Part shown: positions 50,224-61,037 of the stretch, one piece after another
Layout of the letters: each line of letters opens with the position of its first letter
Numbering within the stretch: the first letter of the stretch is position 1
Assembly: GCA_965208575.1 (NCBI GenBank)
Contig: CBDBOV010000002.1
Span: 672,001 to 736,000, forward strand
Source of the DNA: Spirochaetia bacterium
Lineage (GTDB): Bacteria; Spirochaetota; Spirochaetia; SZUA-6; Bin103
Direction of reading: 5' to 3'
DNA length: 64,000 nt
Notes under the pieces: model-generated
The model's database searches: none
What the model was told of the DNA's origin: nothing
What the model saw: only the letters and a program-made list of their open reading frames with translations
Program-made: the position numbers and the translations under genes

Positions 50224-51131
50224 AGCGAACCCGCCAGCTTGTGCAGGTACGGTACCGCGGCCCGGGCCGCCTCCGGGCCCGCCGGGTTGAAGCAGAAGTC
50301 CACGCACCACCACGACATGTCGGCAAGGCGCGGCTTCAGCGCCTCCAGGGTGGCGGGAAAGTCCACGTAGCCCTCGCCGAACGCGATGTGGGTGCTGGTG
50401 TCGTCGTCGTGCAACTCGCCGTCCGAGTCGATCAGGTGCAGGTGGCCCATGCGGTCGCGGATCATGGCCGCGTACTCGGCGGTGCCGCCGGCCAGCTTCT
50501 CCGCGGCCCCGGTGTGGCGCGAGGCCACCACCGCGCCCATGTAGGCGTGGCTGGTATCGAACAGCAGCTTGAAGCGGGCGTGATCCACCTCGTCGTGCAG
50601 GCGCACCACCTCGCTCGGCTTGTTGAGCCAGAAGCCCGGCTCGAACTCCCACATCAGGGTGACGCCGTGCTCGGCGGCGGCGCCGGCGGCCGCGCGCAGG
50701 CACTGCACGGCGTTGGCGAAGCGCCGGTCGTACTCGGCGGCGTCCAGCTCGTCCGGCGGGCTCGCCGTGTCCATGCGCAGGGCGCCGATGCCGGCGTTGG
50801 TGCAGAACTGCAGGTAGGGCCGCAGTGCGCCGACCATCTGCGCGGGACTCGCGGTAGCCGGCGGCGCCGCCGCCAGGTCGGGGAAGTGGCCGTTGACCGC
50901 GTAGCCCGACACGCCGAGTCCCTTGTCCGCGAGGCGGGTCATCAGCTCCCGGCACTTGGCCGGGGTGTCGTAGTGATCGGGGTTCGGGTGCGGCGCCTGG
51001 GCGTTGATTTCCACGCCGTCGTAGCCGTTGTCGGCGCTGAAGTCGACGAAGCGATCCCACGACCAGGGGTCCGACTCGAACGGGCCGAACGAGAAGGCCC
51101 AGCTCCCGAGGGAGATTTTCGGGGTTGTCAT
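50220..51131 (-). CDS. Sugar phosphate isomerase/epimerase (TIM barrel)
   Basis: GYDGVE, WEFEPG, FDTSHA, HLHLIDSDG, FGEG. Confidence 0.85.
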   Translation of the reverse strand: MTTPKISLGSWAFSFGPFESDPWSWDRFVDFSADNGYDGVEINAQAPHPNPDHYDTPAKCRELMTRLADKGLGVSGYAVNGHFPDLAAAPPATASPAQMVGALRPYLQFCTNAGIGALRMDTASPPDELDAAEYDRRFANAVQCLRAAAGAAAEHGVTLMWEFEPGFWLNKPSEVVRLHDEVDHARFKLLFDTSHAYMGAVVASRHTGAAEKLAGGTAEYAAMIRDRMGHLHLIDSDGELHDDDTSTHIAFGEGYVDFPATLEALKPRLADMSWWCVDFCFNPAGPEAARAAVPYLHKLAGSL

Positions 51132-51252
51132 GGCGCAGATTGTGCCGTGAGAGAGACGATCTCGGCAACGGCGGCCGGTGGCCGGCGGCAGCGGTGTGAA
51201 AGTGGCGGCCGGCGTTGACAGTAGCCGGCACTCCTGCCACGTTGCCGGGCGA

Positions 51253-52407
51253 ATGGAGCAGCAGTCGGAGCAGCCGCGGCGCCTCGTCGACGAGGCGTGG
51301 GAAGGCGGTCTGCGCTACACCGAGGAGTGGGCCGAGCCGAAGCGCGGCTTTCCGTCGCGGCGGTGCGCGCTGTGGGCCGGCGCCGGGGACGAACCGGTCA
51401 GCACGCTGGTGCTGCTTGGTATGCACGCGCGGTTCGGGGCGCTGGCGCTGCCGGTGGAGGGCTACGCCGCGGTCAACACCGCCCCGGAGCAGCGCCGCGG
51501 CGGCTACATGGGCCGCCTGTTGCGCCGCTCCCTGCGCAGTGCCGGAGAACGGGTGAGCGTCGTCTGCCTGTATGGCATCGCCGACTTCTACCCGCGCTAC
51601 GGGTTTGTCACCTGTCAGCGGGGAGCGGAGTGGCGCGTCTCGCTGTACGACACGCGGCGGCTGGCGCCGGTAGCGGAGGGTGCGCTGCGGCCCGGCGCGG
51701 TCTCCGATCTGCCGGCGATGCGCGCGCTGTTCAACGACGTGCACGGCCGGCGGCCCTGGACCGTGGCGCGGGCCGATGACTGGGACCGCCTTCCGCGCGC
51801 CCGCCCCTGGAGACCCGGCGCCGAGATCTGCCTTGCCGCCCGCGGCGATGCCCTGACCGGGTACGCGGTGATCCGGGAGGAGGCGTTCGGCTGGCGCCGC
51901 GATCACCTGCAGCTCGACGAAGTGGTGGCGCGCGACCTGGACACGGCGCGGCTGCTGCTCGCCGAGGCGGCGCGGCGCGCGCGGCAGCTCGACTACGAGC
52001 GCATCGTGTTTCACGAGCCGAGCGACTCCGCGGTGGCGCGCGCGGCGCGCGCCATCGGCTGCGAGGTGGTGTATCGCCATTACGCGGCCGGGGGCGGCAT
52101 GGCGGCGCTGCTCGATCGCGGGCGGTTCCTCGACGGGTTTCGGCCCGAGCTGGCGCGCCGAGCGGCGGCGGCGCGGGTCAGCGAGGCAGCGCAGCTCCCC
52201 GTCCTGGCGGCACTGCGCGGCGGCCTGCTGCTTCCGGACGACGGTGACCTGCTGCAGCTCGCCTTCGGGTACGAGCGCTTCGACCAGGTGCCGGAAGAGC
52301 GCCGCGGGAGTGACCCGGGGCTGTGGGAGGTGGCGCAGGCCTGGTTCCCGGGCGGCGGCACACCGGTGCTGGAGGAGCCGTTCGCCCACCGCCTGGACGT
52401 CTATTGA
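51253..52407 (+). CDS. Eis-like GNAT acetyltransferase
   Basis: AAVNTAPEQRRGGY, LYGIADFYPRYGF; tandem GNAT layout. Confidence 0.8.
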   Translation: MEQQSEQPRRLVDEAWEGGLRYTEEWAEPKRGFPSRRCALWAGAGDEPVSTLVLLGMHARFGALALPVEGYAAVNTAPEQRRGGYMGRLLRRSLRSAGERVSVVCLYGIADFYPRYGFVTCQRGAEWRVSLYDTRRLAPVAEGALRPGAVSDLPAMRALFNDVHGRRPWTVARADDWDRLPRARPWRPGAEICLAARGDALTGYAVIREEAFGWRRDHLQLDEVVARDLDTARLLLAEAARRARQLDYERIVFHEPSDSAVARAARAIGCEVVYRHYAAGGGMAALLDRGRFLDGFRPELARRAAAARVSEAAQLPVLAALRGGLLLPDDGDLLQLAFGYERFDQVPEERRGSDPGLWEVAQAWFPGGGTPVLEEPFAHRLDVY

Positions 52408-52429
52408 TGAAGCGGCGGCACGGCGCGGC

Positions 52430-53494
52430 ATGGCGGGCGTGATCTGGGGCGTCGCCCTTGCCCTGGCGGTAGGGGCGATCATGGGGCTGAGCGGCGCCGG
52501 CGGTTCGATCCTGACGGTGCCGATCCTGGTCTACGTGGTGGGCGTCGACGCGGTCACCGCGACCGCCTACTCGCTGTTCGTGGTGGGCGTGACCAGTACG
52601 GTGGGTGCGGCCAGCTACTGGCGGCGCGGGCAGGTGAACGTGCGCGCCGCGGTGGCGTTCTCGATCCCGTCGCTGGTGGTGGTGTTCCTCACCCGCAGCG
52701 TCCTGGTGCCGGCCATTCCGGCGCAGCTCGGTACGGTGGCTGGAGTGGCGGTCACCAAGGAACTGTTCATCCTGGTCCTGTTCGCCCTGATCATGGCGCT
52801 CGCCGCCCTGTCGATGATCGCCAGGCCGCGCTACCGGCTCAGCCTCACGGAACCACCGAGTCCGGCGGGCGCACCCGATGCGCCGCCCGTTGCCGGGGCC
52901 TCCGGAGCTGCCGGACGCCCGCGCTCGCGGGCGGAACGGCCGTATTCGGCGAGCGAACCCTGCGCAGCGGGTTCCGGGGCCGCCGGGGTCACCGAGCGAA
53001 CGCGCCCGTTTGCCGGCAACGCCGCCGGCACGCCGCCGGCTGCCGCGGCCGCACGTGAACCCGCCGCGCCCGCCGGACCCGCCGCCGAGCGCCGCGCTAC
53101 CGGACCTGGCGGTCCGGTAAAAGTGAGCATCCCGCTGGCGGTGCTGGAGGGTACCGTGATCGGCGTGTTCACGGGGGTGGTGGGGGCGGGCGGCGGGTTC
53201 GCGATCGTGCCGGCGCTGGTACTGCTGTCCCGGCTGCCGATGCGGGTCGCGGTCGGCACCTCGCTGACCATCATCGCCGCCAAGTCGCTGGCCGGGTTCG
53301 CCGGCGACGTGGCGTTGCAGGGAAGCTTCGACTGGGGCCTGCTGCTCGCCTTCACCGCCCTGGCGGTGGTGGGGATCCTGGCCGGCAGCCGGCTCGGCCG
53401 CCACGTGCCGGGCGCCAAGCTGCGCCCGGCGTTCGGCTGGTTCGTGCTGGTGGCGGCGGCAGGAATCCTGGTGCGCGAACTGCTGCTCGGCTGA
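52430..53494 (+). CDS. TauE/SafE sulfite-exporter family protein with low-complexity insertion
   Basis: GAGGSILTVP, ATAYSLFVVG, GAGGGFAIVPAL, AVGTSL. Confidence 0.85.
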   Translation: MAGVIWGVALALAVGAIMGLSGAGGSILTVPILVYVVGVDAVTATAYSLFVVGVTSTVGAASYWRRGQVNVRAAVAFSIPSLVVVFLTRSVLVPAIPAQLGTVAGVAVTKELFILVLFALIMALAALSMIARPRYRLSLTEPPSPAGAPDAPPVAGASGAAGRPRSRAERPYSASEPCAAGSGAAGVTERTRPFAGNAAGTPPAAAAAREPAAPAGPAAERRATGPGGPVKVSIPLAVLEGTVIGVFTGVVGAGGGFAIVPALVLLSRLPMRVAVGTSLTIIAAKSLAGFAGDVALQGSFDWGLLLAFTALAVVGILAGSRLGRHVPGAKLRPAFGWFVLVAAAGILVRELLLG

Positions 53495-53533
53495 CCGCCC
53501 GCCGCCCGCGGCCAGCCACCCGAGCCAGCGGCC

Positions 53534-54574
53534 CTACTGGACGCCCTTGAGGTCCAGCTCCTTGGCGAAGTGGCACGCCGCGTAGTGTCCGGGCTCCACC
53601 TCCTGCCACTCCGGCTCCACCGTCTTGCACTCGTCCTTCGCGTACAGGCAGCGCGGATGGAAGTAGCACCCCGACGGCGGGTTGGCCGGATTGGCCACCT
53701 CGCCCGGCAGGATGATGCGGTCCATCTTGGTCTCCGGATCGGGCTGCGGCACCGCCGACAGCAGCGCCTCGGTGTAGGGGTGCTTGGGGCTGCTGAACAG
53801 GTCGTCGGTCTCGGCCAACTCCACCATCTTGCCCACGTACATCACGCCCACGCGGTCGGAGATGTGCTCGATCACGCTCAGGTCGTGCGCAATGAACAGG
53901 TAGGTCAGGTTGAACTCCGCCTGCAGGTCCTGCAACAGGTTCAGGATCTGCGCCTGGATCGACACGTCCAGCGCCGACACCGCCTCGTCGCAGACGATGA
54001 ACTCGGGCCGCGGCGCGAGGGCGCGGGCGATGCCGATGCGCTGCCGCTGGCCGCCGGAGAAGGCGTGCGGGTAGCGCTTCAGGTGCTTGACCTCCAGGCC
54101 GACCACGCGCATCAGCTCCTTGACCCGATCCTCCAGCTCCTGGCCCTTGGCAAGCTGGTTGGACACCAGCGGCTCGGCGACGATGTCCAGCACCGTCATG
54201 CGCGGGTCGAGCGACGAGTAGGGATCCTGGAAGATCATCTGCATGTGACGGCGAATGGCGCGCAGCCGCCTCTTGTCGAGCTGGGTGATGTCGAGGCTCT
54301 CGTCGTCGGCGCTGAACTGGAAGTTGATGCGGCCGTCGGTGGGCTCGATGGCGCGCAGGATGCAGCGCCCCAGGGTGGTCTTGCCGCAGCCCGACTCGCC
54401 CACCAGGCCGAGCGTCTCGCCCTCATTGATGTACAGGTTGATGCGGTCCACCGCCTTGACGTGGCCCGCCACGCGGCGCAGAAAGCCTTTCTCAATGGGG
54501 AAATACTTGCGAAGCTGATCTACTTCGAGCAGCCGGCGCGTGCCGTTGCTGTTGCCGTTGGTTGCGTTGCTCAT
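53534..54574 (-). CDS. Oligopeptide ABC ATPase (OppF/DppF-like)
   Basis: [21 protein letters not shown]-terminal Cys cluster. Confidence 0.93.
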   Translation of the reverse strand: MSNATNGNSNGTRRLLEVDQLRKYFPIEKGFLRRVAGHVKAVDRINLYINEGETLGLVGESGCGKTTLGRCILRAIEPTDGRINFQFSADDESLDITQLDKRRLRAIRRHMQMIFQDPYSSLDPRMTVLDIVAEPLVSNQLAKGQELEDRVKELMRVVGLEVKHLKRYPHAFSGGQRQRIGIARALAPRPEFIVCDEAVSALDVSIQAQILNLLQDLQAEFNLTYLFIAHDLSVIEHISDRVGVMYVGKMVELAETDDLFSSPKHPYTEALLSAVPQPDPETKMDRIILPGEVANPANPPSGCYFHPRCLYAKDECKTVEPEWQEVEPGHYAACHFAKELDLKGVQ

Positions 54575-55611
54575 GCTCTTGCTCCTGCCAGTTCGAGGTC
54601 TGCGTCTGCTTCTACTTCATCGCTGTGCAGATAACAGCGTACCCGGTGCGCTTCGTTGGCCTGGATCAGCGCCGGGATGTCGGCGTTGCACTTGCCGTCC
54701 ATCGCGTCCGGGCAACGGCTGAAGAAGCCGCACTCGCGCGGGGGATCGAGCGGGATGGGAACGGTCCCCTTGATGGCATCGAGCCGATTCTTGGCTTCCT
54801 TGCCCATGCGCGGGATCGACTTCAGCAGCAGGCGCGTGTAGGGGTGCAGCGGGTTGCGGAAGATCTCCCTGGTGTCGGCGTGCTCCACCACCCGTCCCAG
54901 GTACATCACCGCCACCTCGTCGGCGATCTCGGCGATCACCCCCAGGTCGTGGGTGATGTACAGAATCGCCATGCCGAACTGTTCCTGCAGGTGCTCCATC
55001 AGGTCCAGGATCTGCGCCTGCACCGTCACGTCCAGGGCGGTGGTCGGCTCGTCGGCGATCAGCAGCGACGGGTTGCAGGACAGCGCCATGGCGATCATCG
55101 CGCGCTGCCGCAGCCCGCCGGAGAGCTGGTGCGGGTACTCCTCCACGCGTTGCCGGGCGTTGCCGATGCCGACCCGCTCGATCATGTCGATCGCCAACTC
55201 GTGGGCTTCGTTCTTGTCGTCGGTCTTGTGCAGCAGGATCGCTTCCTCGATCTGGTTGCCGATGGTGTGCACCGGCGACAGGCTGGTCATCGGCTCCTGG
55301 AAGATCATCGAGATCTCCTTGCCGCGAATCGAGCGCACCGACTGGCCGAACGGGTCGAGCTGGGTCAGGTCGACCGCATCGTGCCCCTCCCGGTTGAGGA
55401 CGATCTCGCCCGACTTGATCTCGCCGGGGGGCGGTACGATGCGCAGGATCGACTGCGCCGTGACGCTCTTGCCGCAGCCACTCTCGCCGATGATGCCGAG
55501 GGTCTTCTTCGGCGCCACCGAGAAGCTGACGCCGTCGACCGCCTTCAGCGTGCCCTCCTCCAGCTTGAAGTAGGTGCGCAGGTCCTTGACCTCAAGAACA
55601 GGGGTCTCCAC
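54571..55611 (-). CDS. Oligopeptide ABC ATPase (OppD/DppD-like)
   Basis: [25 protein letters not shown]; GTG start after an AAGGA RBS. Confidence 0.93.
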   Translation of the reverse strand: METPVLEVKDLRTYFKLEEGTLKAVDGVSFSVAPKKTLGIIGESGCGKSVTAQSILRIVPPPGEIKSGEIVLNREGHDAVDLTQLDPFGQSVRSIRGKEISMIFQEPMTSLSPVHTIGNQIEEAILLHKTDDKNEAHELAIDMIERVGIGNARQRVEEYPHQLSGGLRQRAMIAMALSCNPSLLIADEPTTALDVTVQAQILDLMEHLQEQFGMAILYITHDLGVIAEIADEVAVMYLGRVVEHADTREIFRNPLHPYTRLLLKSIPRMGKEAKNRLDAIKGTVPIPLDPPRECGFFSRCPDAMDGKCNADIPALIQANEAHRVRCYLHSDEVEADADLELAGARA

Positions 55612-55718
55612 AACAGTATCCTTCTGTTCAATTTGCCCGTGCCATGCAAGCGAGGCAGCTTGGCGTCCGCGCTGCATGGACCTAGCCCAAGTCTGTCAGG
55701 GGGCTAGCAAGCCCGCCA

Positions 55719-55746
55719 ATTTTATCCGCCCGCCGGCATAAGTCAA
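55719..55746 (-). promoter_or_regulatory. Putative sigma70 promoter of the ATPase pair
   Basis: TTGACT-N16-TAAAAT on the minus strand. Confidence 0.55.
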
Positions 55747-55787
55747 CCACCCCGAACCACCGAACTTGCGAACTCGGCAGGAGAGCC

Positions 55788-56834
55788 CTACGCACTGGGC
55801 GCAGCCTCGGTGATCTCGGTCAGCCGCACCCGCCGGCCCCCCTGCCGGGCGCTGCGCACGGCGGCGAAGGTCATCGCCATCGTGCCGAGGTTGTCGCGTC
55901 CGCTGCACTCCGGCTCGCGCCGCTCGGTCAGGGCGGCGAGAAACTCGTCGAGCACCGCTTCGGGCCCGGAACGCGCGCCCGGCTCCGGGGCGGCTATTTC
56001 GTCCCGCCGCGGCTGCTCGGTACGGTGCTCGCGGGTCACGAACACGCGCTCGGTCTCCCAGGTGATGCTGCCCTCCGGGCCCTCGATGCGCCAGGCGCCG
56101 TGCCACGGCGTGGCCGCCCCGGTGCTGCATCCGCTCGCGCGGTGGACCGCCATCAGGCCGCCGGGGAACTCGAACACCGCGACGTGGCTGGCGTCGCCGG
56201 CATGCCAGCCCCACGCGGGGTTCCACGACACCACCCGCACCGCTTCCGGCTCGGCGCCCACCACGTAGCGCAACATGTCGAAGTGGTGGCAGCCCATGTC
56301 GAGCAGGAACATCCACGGCTCGGTCACGTAGTGGGTGCCCGGATAGTCGGCCCACGGCTTGGCGAACACGATGTCGAGCTGGCCCGGTGCGCCGATGGCG
56401 CCACCGTCGAGCAGCCGGCGGGTGAGGCGCGGCAGGGCGCTGAAGCGCATGTTCTGGTCGACCATGTGGATGCAGCCGGCCCGCTCACCGGCGGCCACGA
56501 TGTCGGCGGCGCCGCGGTAGTGGTCGCTCATCGGCTTCGCCTGCAGCAACGGCAGCCCGGCGCCGAAAGCCGCCAGAGCGATCTCGCGATGCGACTCCGG
56601 CGAGGTGACGTCGAGCACGAAATCGGGCGCGGTGCTCGCGATGGCGTCTGCGAGCGAGCCGTAAATGCGTTCGCCGGGTACGCCCCAACCGTTCGCCGCA
56701 CGCTGCCGCGAGGCCGCGCCGCGGCCCACGAATCCCACCAGTTCCACCGCCGGATGCTCCCGGCACACCTTCGCCCAGCCCCGCCCGTAGTTGCCGAGCC
56801 CCGCCAGCACCCCCTTCCATCGTCCTCCCATCAT
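55788..56834 (-). CDS. Gfo/Idh/MocA oxidoreductase
   Basis: GLGNYG, AKPM, QNMRF, DMGCHHFD. Confidence 0.88.
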   Translation of the reverse strand: MMGGRWKGVLAGLGNYGRGWAKVCREHPAVELVGFVGRGAASRQRAANGWGVPGERIYGSLADAIASTAPDFVLDVTSPESHREIALAAFGAGLPLLQAKPMSDHYRGAADIVAAGERAGCIHMVDQNMRFSALPRLTRRLLDGGAIGAPGQLDIVFAKPWADYPGTHYVTEPWMFLLDMGCHHFDMLRYVVGAEPEAVRVVSWNPAWGWHAGDASHVAVFEFPGGLMAVHRASGCSTGAATPWHGAWRIEGPEGSITWETERVFVTREHRTEQPRRDEIAAPEPGARSGPEAVLDEFLAALTERREPECSGRDNLGTMAMTFAAVRSARQGGRRVRLTEITEAAPSA

Positions 56835-56967
56835 GCTCCCTACTGTAACGCAAACGCGCTAGTCCCCGACCGTGGGGCAGCGGACCGGTGTGGAATTTCT
56901 GTCCTATCTCGCCGAGCTCTAAATTGGTGCTGAAAACGTCAAGAGGGCAGCACAATGGAAAGTCAGC

Positions 56968-57678
56968 CTATTTGAACACCAGTTCGCTGACCAGGGCCAG
57001 GGCGAAGCCCAGCACGGCGCCGAGGGGTGGCGTCCAGTGGCGCTCCAGGCGCGCTTGCGGGGCGATGTCCTGGAAGGTGAGGTAGAGGATGCCGCCGGCG
57101 GCGAACAGCATGATGGCGCCGAGCACGGCTTCGTAGCCGGCCAGCCAGAACCAGCCGACGGCGCCGCACACCGGGCCGAGCAGGGCCAGCAGCAGCATGC
57201 GGCGCAGGGCGGCGCCGCGGCGGATGTGCCCGGCCAGTTCGCGCCACGAATTGAACCCCTCGGGCAGGTTCTGCAGGCCGATCAGCAGCGCCAGCAGTAC
57301 GGCGCCGTCTGCGCCGGCCGCGAACATGCCGCCGAGCGCCAGCGACTCGGGCAGGAAGTCGGCGCCCATGGCGATGAACTGGGGCGCGGCCCGGTGCCGT
57401 TTCGCCTGCACGCGGTCCACCACCATGAATGCCGCCCCGCCGGCCAGCAGCAGCACGGCGGCGGCCGCCGGGTGCGGCAGGCGGTCCGCCCCCTCGGGCA
57501 CCAGCACCAGCGCCACCGCCCCCACCAGCACGCCGCCCCCGAAGGCGATGACGAAGTGGCGTAACTCCTCGTCCAGCCAGCGCGGCAGGATGCGCTGCAC
57601 CTGGGCCAGGCCCGCGCCGAGCGGAATGCAGGCGCCGGCAATCGCGGTCCACAGCAGCAATTCGGTCAGTTGGCCCAT
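56968..57678 (-). CDS. ZIP-family divalent metal transporter
   Basis: AFGGGVL, DFLPES, QNLPEG, FAAGGILYL. Confidence 0.82.
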   Translation of the reverse strand: MGQLTELLLWTAIAGACIPLGAGLAQVQRILPRWLDEELRHFVIAFGGGVLVGAVALVLVPEGADRLPHPAAAAVLLLAGGAAFMVVDRVQAKRHRAAPQFIAMGADFLPESLALGGMFAAGADGAVLLALLIGLQNLPEGFNSWRELAGHIRRGAALRRMLLLALLGPVCGAVGWFWLAGYEAVLGAIMLFAAGGILYLTFQDIAPQARLERHWTPPLGAVLGFALALVSELVFK

Positions 57679-57896
57679 GGCGTCGCGGGTGCGGAGACCC
57701 GAGAGCAGGGTATGCGGGTACGCGCCGGGGTGCAACGCGTGCCGGGTGGCGCGTGGTGCCGCTTGGTGGTGCGAGTGCCGCCGCCGGCGCCGGTGCACGG
57801 ATGGGCGGCGAGGAGCGGGACGACCGCCGCTACGCGAGATGTGGCGAGGCGCGCACCATCGTGCACCATTGGTAGCCGCGCAGCCGCCGCGCCGGT

Positions 57897-58313
57897 ATGA
57901 TGGAGCGTCAGATGCTCCTGGTTCTCATTTCCTTCATCGCTTTCATCGCGCTGTTCGTCCTCGGCCTGCGCTGGGGCGTGGTGATCATCGGCAAGGTGCT
58001 CGGTCGCGTGGTGTACGACCGCCACCGCAACGCCGAGTACATCATCAATACCGGGCAGGTGCCGGAGCAGTGGACCGGGCCCTACTTCAAGAAGATCGAC
58101 GAGGCGCAAAAGAAGGAGGGGGTCGACGAGGGTGAACGGGAACGCCGCGTCGCCTCCCTGGAACGCAAGGCGAAGCGCAACTCGATCAAGCGCATCGACG
58201 ACCTGCTGCGCTACTTCTCACGCGCCCCGGTGTTCGCCGACGACCACTCGCGCCGCGTGCTGATGGAGCAGTTGGAAGCCGCCAAGGCACAGTGGCTGAA
58301 GTACGTCCAGTAG
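57897..58313 (+). CDS. Hypothetical membrane-anchored protein
   Basis: N-terminal TM segment, charged helical C-terminus, coding-like codons. Confidence 0.7.
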   Translation: MMERQMLLVLISFIAFIALFVLGLRWGVVIIGKVLGRVVYDRHRNAEYIINTGQVPEQWTGPYFKKIDEAQKKEGVDEGERERRVASLERKAKRNSIKRIDDLLRYFSRAPVFADDHSRRVLMEQLEAAKAQWLKYVQ

Positions 58314-58379
58314 CAGGGTAGGGCAGGCGGCGCGCGGCGCCGTGTAGCGGGCATCTTTCCATGGAGGCTCAGGTCGCGC

Positions 58380-59369
58380 ATGCAGTTGATTCAAGTGGGT
58401 CTGGGCGGCTTCGGCCGGCGCTGGATGGAAGTGGTGCTGGCCGACCGGAACTGGCGGTACGCCGCGGTGGCCACCCGCTCCCCGGAGGCGCAGCGCTTCG
58501 CGGCCGAGCGCACCGGCTTGGCCCCGGATCGCTGCATGGACTCGCTGGCGGCGGCCCTGGAGCGGGCGCCGGAGGCCGACGCGGTGCTGGTGACCACGCC
58601 CTACTTCCGCCACGAGGATGACGTGGTGACGGCGCTGCGGCACGGCAAGCACGTGCTGGTGGAGAAGCCGCTCACCGGCAACGCGGCCTCGGGCGAGCGC
58701 ATGCGCGCCGCCGCGGCCGGCGCGGGCACCACCGTGATGGTCGGCGAGGACTACCGTTTCCGCGCCGGCGCGGTCGCCATGCACGACATCGTGCAGGGCG
58801 GGGAGATCGGCGCGCCGGAGGTGATCGACCTGCAGTACTTCGTTTCGCACCGGTTCGCGGCGGGCGACTGGCGCAACGACCTGCGCTATCCGGTGCTGCT
58901 CGAGAACAACACCCACCAGGTCGACCTGCTGCGCTACGTCACCGGCTGCGAGGCACTGGCGGTCACGGCGAGCACGATGGCAAGCGCGGCGGATTCGCCG
59001 TGGCCGTTTCCGTCGGTGGCGGCCCTGATCGAGATGGAGCGCGGCCTGGGCGCCACGTTTTCGGCGAGTTGGGCGCTGCCCGACCTGAACACGCCGTGGG
59101 AGGGCGTCTGGACGGTGCGCGGGCCGCGCGGTGCGCTGCGCTGGGACGCCGCGGGCATAACCCTGTTCCGGGGAACACGGCAGCGGCAACTGGCCGCGGC
59201 GGACAGCGCACCGCGGCTCGACCTGGTGCTTGCGGAGTTCACCGCGGCACTGCGGGAAGGGCGAGCCCCGGGCGTCGACCTGGCCGACAACCTGAAGACG
59301 CTGGCGGTGGTGCTGGGAATGATCCGTTCGGGCGAACAGCACCGCCGCGTAGAACTGAACCGCGACTGA
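58380..59369 (+). CDS. Gfo/Idh/MocA oxidoreductase
   Basis: VGLGGFG, HVLVEKP, EDYRF, HQVDLL. Confidence 0.88.
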   Translation: MQLIQVGLGGFGRRWMEVVLADRNWRYAAVATRSPEAQRFAAERTGLAPDRCMDSLAAALERAPEADAVLVTTPYFRHEDDVVTALRHGKHVLVEKPLTGNAASGERMRAAAAGAGTTVMVGEDYRFRAGAVAMHDIVQGGEIGAPEVIDLQYFVSHRFAAGDWRNDLRYPVLLENNTHQVDLLRYVTGCEALAVTASTMASAADSPWPFPSVAALIEMERGLGATFSASWALPDLNTPWEGVWTVRGPRGALRWDAAGITLFRGTRQRQLAAADSAPRLDLVLAEFTAALREGRAPGVDLADNLKTLAVVLGMIRSGEQHRRVELNRD

Positions 59370-59510
59370 CGCAAGCCGCAACGACGCGCCGCTGGCGCCG
59401 CTCCGCGCGCGACCACGGCCACGCGCCGCCGGCGCCGCGGCGCGCCCGGCGACGCGCGCCGCGGCTCCCCTCCGGGGCAGCCGGGGAGGGGATACAGCCC
59501 GCGCGGGGTG

Positions 59511-60032
59511 CTACATGGAGGAGTCGGAGGCCGGCGCCTCGAACATCCCGGGGTCGGTTCGGCCGAGCAGAGCCATGCCGACCTTGTGGACGTGCGCGAG
59601 CGCCTCCTCACCCAGGATCTTTTCGTGGTCGGAGCCCGGATAGTGCGCGCAGAAGGCGCTCATGGAGTCGGCGGTGTTGCCGTCGCCCGCGGCGATCCGC
59701 ATCAACTGGCAGTTCAGCGATTCCCACCAGGCGCCCACGCTGTCGAAGCTCAGGTGGCCGTTGATCTTGGTGGCAGCCAGGTCCACGTAATACGTGGTGG
59801 CGAAATCCAGGTCGGCGTGCATCTTCTTCGCTGCCGCCGCCTGCTCGTCGGTGGCCATGTCGCCGTGCAGCGCAGCCACCATCTGTTCGGGACTCAGCGA
59901 ATTCCACCAGCGCACCGCGTAGTCCGGCGAGGTGATCGAGGTGGTCATTGTGTCCGCATGTACGAAGCCGGCCGCGACCAGCGCCGTCGCCACGGTTGCC
60001 AGCACGAACAACGAACTCTTCTTCTTTGTCAT
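59511..60032 (-). CDS. Secreted hypothetical protein (173 aa)
   Basis: AGGAGG RBS, signal peptide MTKKKSSLFVLATVATALVAAGFVHA, two WWxSL motifs. Confidence 0.78.
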   Translation of the reverse strand: MTKKKSSLFVLATVATALVAAGFVHADTMTTSITSPDYAVRWWNSLSPEQMVAALHGDMATDEQAAAAKKMHADLDFATTYYVDLAATKINGHLSFDSVGAWWESLNCQLMRIAAGDGNTADSMSAFCAHYPGSDHEKILGEEALAHVHKVGMALLGRTDPGMFEAPASDSSM

Positions 60033-60291
60033 GGAAGTCCTCCTTGAACGGCAAGCTACCGGACCGGCCATCAGGTTGCAAGGGCGGTAATCGTTGTCTC
60101 GGCAAAGGCACGCATTCGGCACCATCCGACCCGATGGATTGACGACAGACACACCAGCCATCGCTTACGAGTCGCGTGTGTCGGGTGCCGCCGTCCCCAG
60201 GCTCGCACGGTCACCGCAAGTTGCTGCAGGCGCGGCAACGCATGCCTCCGGGGTTCCAGTGTCGGCACCATCCGGGTACCATCCGGGCATC

Positions 60292-61020
60292 ATGCAGCAA
60301 CAGCAGCAAGCGTTGATCGTGTGGGGTGGCTGGGACGGCCACGAGCCGGGTCCGGTGGCGGAGATATTCCGCGGTGTCCTGGAAGGGGAGGGCTTTGCGG
60401 TGGAGGTGTCCACCAGCCTGGATCGTTTCCTGGACGCGGACAGCCTTGCCGGCCTGGACCTGATCGTGCCGATCTGGACCATGGGCGCCATCAGCCGCGA
60501 ACAGGTGGAGCCGGTGGTGGAAGCGGTCGCCGGCGGGGTCGGCCTGGCCGGCTGCCACGGCGGCATGTGCGACGCGTTCCGCGACTCGGTGCAGTGGCAA
60601 TTCATGACCGGCGGCAACTGGGTGTCGCATCCCGGCGGCGACGGCGTCGAGTACGTGGTCAACCTGCAGCGCGGCTCCAGCGAGATCACCGCCGGGCTCG
60701 ACGACTTCACGGTGCGCTCGGAGCAGTACTACCTGCACGTCGACCCGGCGGTGGACGTGCTGGCGACGACCCGCTTCCCGGTGGTGGACTGGTATCACTC
60801 CAGCAACGGTCCGGTGGACATGCCGGTGGTGTGGACCAAGCGCTGGGGCGCCGGGCGCGTGTTCTACAACTCGCTCGGCCACAAGGCGGACGTCATCGCG
60901 CAGCCGGTGCCGCTGGAGCTGATGCGGCGCGGCTTTCGGTGGGCGGCCGCCGGCAAGCGCGCCGCCCGCGAGCAGGGCGTGACCGCGGACGACTTCCGCA
61001 GCGCCGCCAAGATGTTCTAG
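60292..61020 (+). CDS. ThuA-like (trehalose utilisation, class I GATase-like) protein
   Basis: VWGGWDGHEP, GCHGG, SEQYY, GRVFYNSLGH. Confidence 0.88.
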   Translation: MQQQQQALIVWGGWDGHEPGPVAEIFRGVLEGEGFAVEVSTSLDRFLDADSLAGLDLIVPIWTMGAISREQVEPVVEAVAGGVGLAGCHGGMCDAFRDSVQWQFMTGGNWVSHPGGDGVEYVVNLQRGSSEITAGLDDFTVRSEQYYLHVDPAVDVLATTRFPVVDWYHSSNGPVDMPVVWTKRWGAGRVFYNSLGHKADVIAQPVPLELMRRGFRWAAAGKRAAREQGVTADDFRSAAKMF

Positions 61021-61037
61021 CGGCCTGCTCGCCAGCC

